Source: Dimargaris cristalligena
Taxonomy: Eukaryota
Length of the DNA: 42,033 bases
Assembly (NCBI GenBank): GCA_003614675.1
Contig: ML002321.1
Coordinates: 1 to 42,033 of the forward strand
Direction: 5' to 3'
The translations under genes were made by a program, and so were the position numbers. Shown here one piece after another: positions 23,247 through 32,839 of this stretch. Below the pieces are notes generated by a model. The model was given only the letters and a program-made list of their open reading frames with translations, was not told the DNA's origin and searched no databases. Positions within the stretch are counted from its first letter, which is position 1; the number at the start of each line of letters is the position of its first letter.

Positions 23247-26200
23247 CTAAGGACCATTCGTAACTTTAAGATGCAGGCCAGGAAACTTTTGGTATAGCGC
23301 GGAGTCACATAGAATGCATGAGGGCGTGCACTGTAAGGTCCAATCCAGGAGACTACCCTGAAGAGCCGATGGTGATGACTCAAGTGAGGGCGGACAGAGT
23401 CTTTTAGCAGTGCAGGTACGGCAGGATTGGTTAGTAGGGGTATCAATCAAGGTGAAGGTTAGGAAACAACGGGCCGACGAGTGTCCATTCGGGCATTCAG
23501 CCCTATCCAGCTCGGCCTTTGATAAAATTTCCGCCTGGCACAGGGGGCACCGTTCACTGGACGTTGCTGCTGTTTCGGCCATGGGGGAGGAGGAGGAGGG
23601 CAAAAAGGAAGGAGAAGAAAAAGAAAGCGAATCGACCCATGCTTGTAGAGCGGGGAGACTAGGGTGGGTGGGTAAGAACTGCCGGGCCAACCGGATACTC
23701 GTAGTCAACCACTGCCGCTCGGCGTCCCGGAGCAACCGGTCGGGGCAGCGGGTCCGGACCGACTGGAATAGCTGGAGCACCAGGGAAAGCCAGTGCAACT
23801 GAATATGGCGCCGACTGGTCGCCGCACGCGCGGCCAGAAGATCCTGGAACCAGGGAATAGTGCGGCCAGCGTGCCAGATGGCATTCGTTTTCTGCTGACA
23901 TTTCACGGCCGGGTCGTGGAGAAAATGCATCCAAATCGCCGTTTGCCACCAAGTGGACAGGTCCGCTTCGGCGGTACCGCACGCGGTCGAAGAGCCGGAG
24001 GGGATCGTCAGCCCTAACTGGAGGTTGGGTTCCTCGTCGAGGCGTTCCGCTAGCAAAGGGTAGTCCAGCGCTTCGCTGAGGAACTGGCTAACGTCCTCCG
24101 GTTTCCAGAAGAATTGGGGATTGGGTTCCGTTGCCCGCTGGTTGAGAACCGCGCACTGGTACGCGTCAATGACGTACTGACAGGTGTCCCAAATGCTCCG
24201 GGCAGGGACTTGGGGGTCGGCCAGTCGTCGACTCAATTGACCCATCGTATTGCCCAAGCCCCGGAAGTTTTGGTCGATGTTAATCATCAGCAGGTACGAG
24301 TAGTTGATGGTACGGAAAATATAGGTATCGTGAGGTCGCCATATATTCAGGCATAGGGCGATGTAGTCGCCATGGGGTGACATGGCAGCACCCCAGAATA
24401 TAATCTTCATATTATTGGCCGCCTCGCCGTCATCCATCAGGTCATCCTCGTCCGCCTCGCCTTTCTGGTCGTTGTTATCATCATGGCTTTCGGTGGCGGT
24501 GCTGCCGTGAAACATCTGGTAGACCCCACGGATATAAGTCGTAATGGTCTGGCTATTCCGGCGCGTAAGCGTCTCGCAGGGAAGGAGGGACCAACTCGTA
24601 TGAGGGTGAGGGGTTGAAAGGTCGGTTTTTTCTAATCGCAGCGCATAGTACTGCCCGTCTGAACTGAATATGTGTAGAAGTCGCTCGACTTCCGACCATG
24701 CAGTGCCTACGAAAAGCAGATGATACAAATGGCCGAGTGGGTAGGAGAGGCGTTAGTTCAAGAGCGACGGTAAATACAATAAACATCGGATAATAACCCG
24801 GAAAAGGGCCGGCCGGCATAAACGATGACCAGATAGGCAGGGTGCTCTAGGTAAGGTGTATGCTACATATCACCCCCAACAGTTTAAAAAATATAGTAGC
24901 CAAGGCCATCTCATCTTACCGGCAATCATTCCCACATAAGGCAGAGTATGGAGGGCGACAGGCGACAACTCCCAGGTTAGGTCCTCCGTGGATTGGAGCG
25001 TAGGTAATGGAATCAAGCCGATCGAATAGTCTTTGGCTACCACCAGCAGGGGTTTATCGCCGTCTAAAATGTAAGTCAGGGTGGTAACGGGTCGCTTATC
25101 GGCTTCTAACGACTGCCGAATGAGAGGGGCCTGAACCAAAAACACTTTTGGATCATCCTGGCTAATCTGGAGACACACCCTGAAGATATCGACCGAACCG
25201 TCAATGGCGACACTTAATAGGGCCGAATAAGCCGGGGGAGATTGGGACTCGGTCGGTGATTCGACAAAATTGGACCAGGCCAGGCGGGTCGCCCGACCGG
25301 ATCGAATTGAAATTGTGGCTAGGGGTTCTCCTCGATCAGAGTAACTGGTGCCCGGGAAATTCATTAGAAAGAAACAATAAAAATAAAAGAGACGGTGTCA
25401 TGGTTAAGGTGCCGGTGGGCCACTAAAGTGTCTGTTCAACGATGATTATGAAAAAAAACTCCGGTTGAGTAGTATTATAGTAGTCGATATCAACTGATTC
25501 CAGAAAATAGAACTAACCTCCAAAAATGAAGTTGGCCTTTGGAGTTGGCCGCGGCGATGATGGATAGGGGCGATTCGTAAGTTTGGGGTTCGCTGATCGG
25601 TTCTGACCAACTTATTGCTACCGATCATTGTAAACCAAAATACATTCGCAATATTTCCGGAAGCCAATGGCTTATCAGGTAGTGTTAGGATAATTGGGTG
25701 TCAAATAGGCTGGATTGCGGCAAGCTGTCATATATTGATAATGGAATACGCGTAGGGACCTACCTTGGAGGGGGTCGACGGGTGTGTTATCAGCAGGGAC
25801 TGTCAATTGCTGGATCTGGGGAATAAATTATACAATTGGGAAACACAAGCAAACGACCAATTCAGGGAGAATGGTGTTAGACTAGCGGTGGGTGGCCGAG
25901 AGACAGGTGCAGGCTCAAGTCTAGGGGGGCCGCTGCCTACAATTATGGCATACCGTAATGCAAGAAATCGATGGACATTATTTAACTACATACCTTCTCC
26001 CATGTCTCCCCGCCTGCCGATACAGAGCACGAAAAAATGAGCAACTGATGGTCAATTGTCAGACCCAGCAAACGGCAGCCCCCATAATTAGCACTATACG
26101 GTGACCATTCAACTCCCCGAAATGCTTTAGTATTTGATTGCCATTGCTTGCGAACAACGCTGTCAGCTACGAGTGGTTTAGCGGGAATATAGCAATAATG

Positions 26201-26748
26201 GTAGTAGAGAGTGAGGGTCTGATGGCGCAGTATGGTATGGGCTTGTCCGCGTTGGTCAGCGTGTCTGTAGTGTATACCATGGTGCGATTCAGAGCGTGAA
26301 GATAGATACCCGGTTTTTTAAACTTACTGGATACTGGGCCGTTGTACGAGGGTGGGTTGACAGACTGATGGTTCAGTACTATAGCCGGGAACCCCCGGAT
26401 ATCGGGGCTATGGTCCAGAGTCTACCGATGGGTTCGTTATAGAATATACGAAAGCAAGTTTTTTAGGTTAGTGTAAATTTACCCCGGTCGGCTTCAACTG
26501 AATGCCTTTATAGCCCCACTCTCGCCAATGGCTCACTCAACGCGTACCTGCCCAATTTTCACGCTGGGCATTCCGCCTGGGCCAACTGGACCCCGCGTTG
26601 GGGTTTCACTTGGCTTGGTTGCGAATACCAGCTTTTAAGAACCACTTACGAACACATTGGCGCCGGACTGGTTCACGGCAGAAATGCGATTGAGAGGGGA
26701 CCACCGTAGGTTGTCGGTGACATGGGACGTCCCACGATAGCGCAACAT
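23247..26748 (-). CDS. RNA polymerase III transcription factor IIIC subunit (tau60/Tfc8/GTF3C4-like): WD-type N-terminus plus C-terminal zinc finger, ~800 aa
   Basis: Exons 26748-26650, 26421-26328, 26166-25994, 25815-25764, 25617-25518, 25344-24920 and 24706-23247 join in frame. Motifs: LRWSPLNRISAV, VEWSPY...GCRLLGLT, WGAAMSPHGDYIAL, and zf-TFIIIC-like ERCPLC...CPNGH..ARCFLT...CRTC...SCILC. Confidence 0.82.
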
Positions 26749-27189
26749 GGTGAATGGGGTTAATGGCAAGGCGAGTCAATGAGAAAAGGGTTTAAAGGCT
26801 CAATTGAAGCCATTTGGCCTATTGTAGTGGACCCTACTCTATGGGGCATTGGGGTGGGATATTATTTTAACTATAGTCACAAAACTGTCATATTTCTCCC
26901 ATCTGTGGAAGACTGGGTGTTTTGGGCTATTCCTTGGTCAAACTATTTTATATACTTTTTTTTTTCATAGAGGAAAAATACGAGGCAAAAGTTGGTTATG
27001 AAATATAATATTCTAGTCCAGCTTTGGCTTGAATCCATCAGTTTCGGTTCGTTTTAGTGCAGGTCTTCTACTATTTTCTATTACCAGTTAGCTGAGCGAT
27101 ATATATATATATATATACTTGTACTTGCCATTACCCTCATTGTTAGCTTGAACCCTTTTCCCCAAGCCCTCTTTAATAGTTCATTCAGT

Positions 27190-28184
27190 ATGTCAAGTTC
27201 CAAAGCTTCCGCTAAAGCCGCCCCAGCCCCGGCCAATCCGGCTATGGAGGTTGACGATCAGCCCACAAAACCCCAGTCGAAGGTCAAGAACAAGCAGCGT
27301 GTCCTCATGGTTTCCACGCGGGGCGTGACGCAAAGGTAGGTTAGATTCCCTTATTTATGACCGGAACATTATTTACCACGCCCTTCCAATTCAACCCCCT
27401 GAAGCCGCTCCACCCGCTAACCTTATGCAAAACCCCACGTTTACCTACTCCACCCCCTTAACCCCTTTCGGCTATTAGACAGCGTCATTTGATGCAGGAC
27501 CTCGAGGCTATGTTCCCCCACTTCAAGAAGGATAACAAGCTGGACTCCAAGAGCAATCCTATTCTGGTCAATGAATTGGCCGAGCTCCATAACTGCAACA
27601 ATGCCATGTACTTCGAGGCCCGCCGACACACCGACCTGTACATGTGGATTTCCAAGACCCCCAACGGGCCCAGTGCCAAATTCCAAGTTCAGAACATTCA
27701 TACCATGGACGAGCTGCGTCTCCCAGGCAACTGCCTCAAGGGCTCGCGCCCGCTTTTGTCCTTTGACCAGCAATTCGAAACCAAACCGCACTACCAGCTG
27801 CTCAAGCAAATGTTTATCAACATCTTCAACGTGCCCAAGAGTACCCGCAAGAGCAAGCCGTTTGTGGATCATATCCTGAACTTTAGCATCGTCGATAACC
27901 GCATCTGGTTCCGTAACTACCAGATCATCGAGAAGGACCCGACCTCCGAGAAGGGCACCAAACCCGAAACCTCTCTGGTCGAGATCGGCCCCCGCTTCGT
28001 CCTTAACCCCATCCGGATTTTCGATGGGAGCTATTCGGGGGGACCGCTGTGGGATAACCCCCACTACGTATCGACCGGTCTGCTCCGCAAGGTGCAGAAC
28101 AAGGATAACCGGGGAGGGTACGACTCCATCGAGAAGGAGGAGGAGTCGGAATCAGAGTCGGATTCGGAGCCCAAGTCCGACTAA
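27190..28184 (+). CDS. BRX1: Ribosome biogenesis protein BRX1 (Brix domain)
   Basis: Exons 27190-27335 and 27479-28184. Motifs: NKQRVLMVSTRGVTQRQRHLMQDL, PHFKKDNKLD, ELAELHNCNN, PNGPSAKF, HTMDEL..GNCLKGSRPLLSFD, KSKPFVDH, IWFRNYQI, LVEIGPRFVLNPIRIFDGSYSG. Confidence 0.95.
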
Positions 28185-28854
28185 AAATGAGGAACGGAAC
28201 TTGTCGGGACTGCCATCCCCTAAGGGAGGGGAGGCTACACTGATCCAATTCGGAGTAGTAGTAGCGTAAATAAATGGCGGGACCGGCTAGGGACCTTTAA
28301 TAAACTATCTACCCTTTTAAGGCTGGCCACGGGTGGTCTGGATCACGTAAACGAGTAACCTGATAGTTAATCAGGCAAAGAATGCGAGTGAGATGGGGGG
28401 GAGAGTGTCAAACCTGGTCCAAATAGAAGGGCCATAAAACAGATGGACCTAGAAGGCAGAGGACCAAACCACGACAAAGTAATAGGGTGGATCAGAACAC
28501 AGTGAGTGGAATGGGCCTGCTCCACTGCACTACAGGTTGACTCTACTCCCAAGTCTCACATGACAACTCACTGTATGAATATGATCGCAAAGATGATACA
28601 TGTCCTGGTCTATTACATACATTAGTCGTTTTTATTAAGAGTGACTCACGAACAAAAACTATCCGGAACCAGAGAGGTAATACATTACTATAAAATAACA
28701 TACAGGGCAAACAGATGCCTAAACTAATCCAAAATATTTCCAAGAATGCCGGGATTCGAGTATTTCCCAAGGGAATTAATAGGGACCCTATTCAGACTGC
28801 ACTTTCTGAGGTTTTGGGAGAGAATTTAGTAACACCCATTGGGTGAGGCGTCGC

Positions 28855-29876
28855 TTAGGAAACCGACCTATACCGAGCTTTACGACAAAGTTGCCAGGTC
28901 AAGACACCGCTAGTGATTATCACTATTGTTAGTTATACGTTTAGGCCAGCGGTGAAAATTGCGTCAGAGTGCATAGTGATAGTGGGTGGGTGGGGGATCA
29001 GGGTATTAGTTAAGTGCAGTTGGTCAAATATGCCAATTATGGCGGCCGGACTAGCCAAGCACGCACTCCATGTCTACCGAGTTCATGCCACGTACTCTAA
29101 CGCCGGTATTATACATTGCCATGTAGGCCTTCCCACTTACGGTAAATAATAGACAGTCCGGTGACGAATTCATATACAGTTGTCGTAAAGCTCGCGAGGG
29201 AGATGATGATGGGGAATAGAGACGTGGCCAGCCAAAACAGCATTCCGTCCCGAAACAAAATCATATACGGGGCCGAGTTGAAGGCGCTGTAGGCCCGGAA
29301 GATGTACACCAGAAAAATGGCGGACATGGTGCAATTAAACAGGCAATCGGTCGCCATGGAGATGACGAAGCTCGTTCGGTCGAATTCAATGTCGCACATA
29401 AACGTCGAGTGGTTGGTGGTCACCGTGGTGCAGGCGGAAGCGACAATGTGGGCGGCGACGGTACCGGCTTGGAAAGCGATGGTCCAGCCCAGTATCATCT
29501 TGGAGAATCCGCTGGCATAATAGGCCTTCATTAGGAGAATCGTACCCGCAAACGCAATGCCAGTTACGTAGATGGTAAATATCAGACCACTGTACAATTC
29601 GCAGGAGTAGGCGAGGGGGTCGCGTAGGCTGATCACAACGCCCAGCAGAAATAAGGAGGAGTTCATGGCCAGGCAGACGATATGGATGGCCTGGGGGTTC
29701 CGTCGTACCAGCGCAATTAGCTGGAAGATATTGTGACTGAGCAATACGAACATAATGGAAAATAATGTGGTATATAGCATGCGTTTTTGTAAACCACTTT
29801 TGGGCACGTCCATCACGGGCTGCATCAAGTTCGCCCTTTGAAAGTCATGAGGGGCAATAATAGTAGAAGAGTTCAT
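28855..29876 (-). CDS. Orphan seven-transmembrane, GPCR-like protein (267 aa)
   Basis: Exon 1 is 29876-29141 (donor GTAAGT) and exon 2 is 28922-28855 (LIITSGVLTWQLCRKARYRSVS*). Seven hydrophobic segments and N-glycosylation sequons NSS and NHS. Exon 2 is less certain. Confidence 0.7.
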
Positions 29877-30028
29877 GGTGAATAGTAGACGAGCGAGTAG
29901 CAAGGCCAAGAATGATTATAAATGGTAAAAGTAAGAGGGTAAGAAGGCCAGGGCCAATGGGGGCAGAAGAATTCAGTGTACAAGAGATAAGTGTTACCGA
30001 AGGCGCCGGGCTACCGGGCCCGGGTAGG

Positions 30029-30036
30029 TATTTATA
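30029..30036 (-). promoter_or_regulatory. Candidate TATA box (TATAAATA) of the 7TM gene
   Basis: About 150 nt upstream of ATG 29876, inside a GC-rich stretch and beside the near-palindrome CTACCGGGCCCGGGTAG. Confidence 0.4.
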
Positions 30037-31695
30037 TGGCCCGGACTCTTTGGCCCATTGGCCGGGGAATTTCAGTGAAAATAAGCCTAAAAAGACGAGG
30101 ACCATTTTGGTGTTGGTAATTGCCTCAAACGTTGCCTAATACTATCAGATTATTCACTACTACTTTTTGTGCCAAATAAGTAATGGCTTTGGTTTGGGCC
30201 GAAGAGTGGGAGGCACAGTGTTGCAAAGTGAATCGTTTTCTCATGGGGCGGGTGTTTTCCCAGTCGAAACATCGTTACAAACTAAACATGCTGAAATATC
30301 GGCCAACTAAGTCCCTCTAGACAAGGCCAGGCTCATACAATTGGCACCTGGTAAATTGAGATAATAAGCCACATAGCGCCGTCACCAACAAATAATCCAA
30401 GATACTGGCGAGGCTGTGGGCAAATATCGACTGGTGGCCCCCATGGCAATGGCCCTCTGGCTCTCAGGTCCGCATTTGGCTGTTGCCTTTTGGAGACCGT
30501 CCTGGCCATCGTCGCCGACGCTTATACATTTCAAGCTGTATTGTCGTATGTCGATCCTAAAAACCCAAGGCTGAACAGAGAATAGTGCAGAAGCCTTGTC
30601 GATGAAACTATCCGCCTGCTTTTTGGGATTGGTCCTCTTCCCATGCACACACTGGTCGCCTATTTAATCCAGGCCAACACCTACCAGAATGATCGACTGC
30701 CACATATGGGTAGATGTATTGAATTTTGCATTTCCTTTCCTTTCTCAGAGGCCACAGTTTCCCCCAATTCTACTGGATGGCTTTGGGACTCCTCCTTCCC
30801 CATTTTATAATTTAGACACATGCCCCTACCAAATCCCCCCACTCCATTCTACGTATATGAGGGGGTTTTTTTGGCTGAAGAGATGGATCCGCTGGGCAGT
30901 GAGCTCCAGTGTGTATTATGTTGTAATATGGGTGAAATTAAACACAACGATTCAGGATTTTGAGTGAAATGCAAGTGAAAACTGCGTTTTGTAGTCAGTA
31001 TACCTCGGCTCACCAAACTGGTTTTTCGATATATGACTGGACTGAGCCTCACCCATATTTAGACTAACAGTGGTAAAAAGCTCTAGCCAAGTTACCTTCG
31101 AATGTTCTTGGGAATAAAAATGGGCATATGTGCTTAGATTTAGAAGGTATGATTTACCCAGGCGATAAACAATAGTACGCTGGTCATTTAGGTTTTTCGG
31201 AGTCGACTACTGACAGTGCCCAATTTCCGATGGCAAATACGATGCAACCCCCACATAGAAAAGTCCAGCGGTATAATATAACATCCCGTTGCGCACCAAT
31301 ACATTAGTGGCCGCTCCCCACCAACGCAGCACAAGAAAGCCTATGGTCCACCACCACTCTTGGGCAGTTTTAGTTAGACTTAATACACTTTTGGTTGTTC
31401 CGAAAGGCTCGCCGCATCAGGCCTGGCCAACTGCAGATACCCCAGTGAACCCCATAGTGTCTTATGTTACGGGGGGAGGGTAGTTTAGTTGTTTATTCCC
31501 CCAGTCAGCTCCTCATTCCGTGGCTGGGGGTACTAGCAGCTGAATGAAGCTTCCAGCGAAGAGGTTTTATCCTTGGTTCCTATTTTATTCGTGCATCCGC
31601 TTGGCTGGTATTTGTCATCTAACAAATTGTCTTTTTCCGTTTTCCCGCCCGAATCCCACTCCAACTAACCGCCGCACCAACCCCACTACACCGAC

Positions 31696-32391
31696 ATGGC
31701 CAACCTTGTACCACCCGGATGGGAGCTCGGCTCGCTGGCCTACAAAGACCTCTTACTCCTTATGCAAACCTACTGGACGGAGTTTCAGGCCGATGCCCAG
31801 GAGTTCTACCAGGCCGTCAACTGGAGCCAGCCCTGGCTTCGTGCCTGGGCCGTATTTTACGGTGGCCTCGTCGTCGCCACTGTATATTACCGCGGGGACG
31901 AAGGGCGTCTCGCGGCCCTCTTTATCACTCTGAGTAAGTTGGCCTTTCTAGAATAATTCTGGTTTAACTTGCGTGGCCAGCCCCATTTCGCTGCAGAGTA
32001 CGCATACCTTTTAGTAACAATGGCTCCGTTCAACCGCCACTCCCCATTATTACCCACTTCGGGACTATTCCACTAACAACCATAGTATCACTCTATTATT
32101 TTTACATTGGTCCATATCCCATGGCCTCGGGGAATAGGTATCATGGTTCTCGGCGCACAGCCGCTCAATACCTTGGCAGCTGGCTACTGGTCGGACTTTT
32201 CGGATGCCAATTACTTCCAAGAGCACGGTCATTTTATATCCCTGGTGTATTCGATACCCCTACTTTTACTGCTGCTGACCGTCTTAGTCATGCTGATCTT
32301 CCACGCCGGGAGTCGTCTGATCCAAGTTAAGCGACAGCAGATCCGGCAGGCTACCAAGACCAAGACCACGTCTAAGAAAAAGAGCCAATGA
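31696..32391 (+). CDS. TMEM18: Transmembrane protein 18 (TMEM18 family), 163 aa
   Basis: Exons 31696-31933 and 32138-32391. Motifs: FYQAVNWSQPWL, AQPLNTLAAGYWSDFSDANYFQEHGHFISLVYSIPLL, basic C-terminal tail LIQVKRQQIR...SKKKSQ. Confidence 0.85.
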
Positions 32392-32839
32392 GTTAACTGA
32401 CAATGCGCCTAGTACACCCTGTATCCTTGTGGTATATATATTGGTCCAGCTAACAAGGCACCTAAGTAATTACCTGCTGTTCCACGGCATTCTTTTAACT
32501 TAAAATACACCGCTACTGACTTGGTCTCTATAGCCGATGGAAATTGTATGGACTTGTAGGACTGCTTTATTGATAAATCCATGTTTCTTCCAAGCTGATG
32601 CCCTTACCAACTATACTTTGAAGGACCCTGGGCCCTCATGTCCCCGACACTTACTCCACGCAGTCTAATCCACCCTCAAATTCATCAGGTACGGCTGAGC
32701 TACTGGAGACTCCCCCCAAAAAATATAACTAAAACCAAATGTACATACTGAGCTATTATTGGGTCAGTCAATGGTCGACGACTAAAAGGAATTCCTCCAA
32801 CTAAAAGTGACACAAGTCATACATACCTGAGGTTCAAAA

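Noticed and set aside
25994-26013. Apparent 20-nt microexon in the TFIIIC gene
   Set aside because: The longer exon 26166-25994 is open in the same frame and supplies the conserved WSP...C.LLGLT motif.
32421-32510. U12-type donor-like GTATCCTT with a downstream TCTTTTAAC
   Set aside because: It lies after the TMEM18 stop codon. About one such 8-mer is expected by chance in 42 kb, and another occurs inside the COP1 CDS. All reconstructed introns are U2-type GT-AG.
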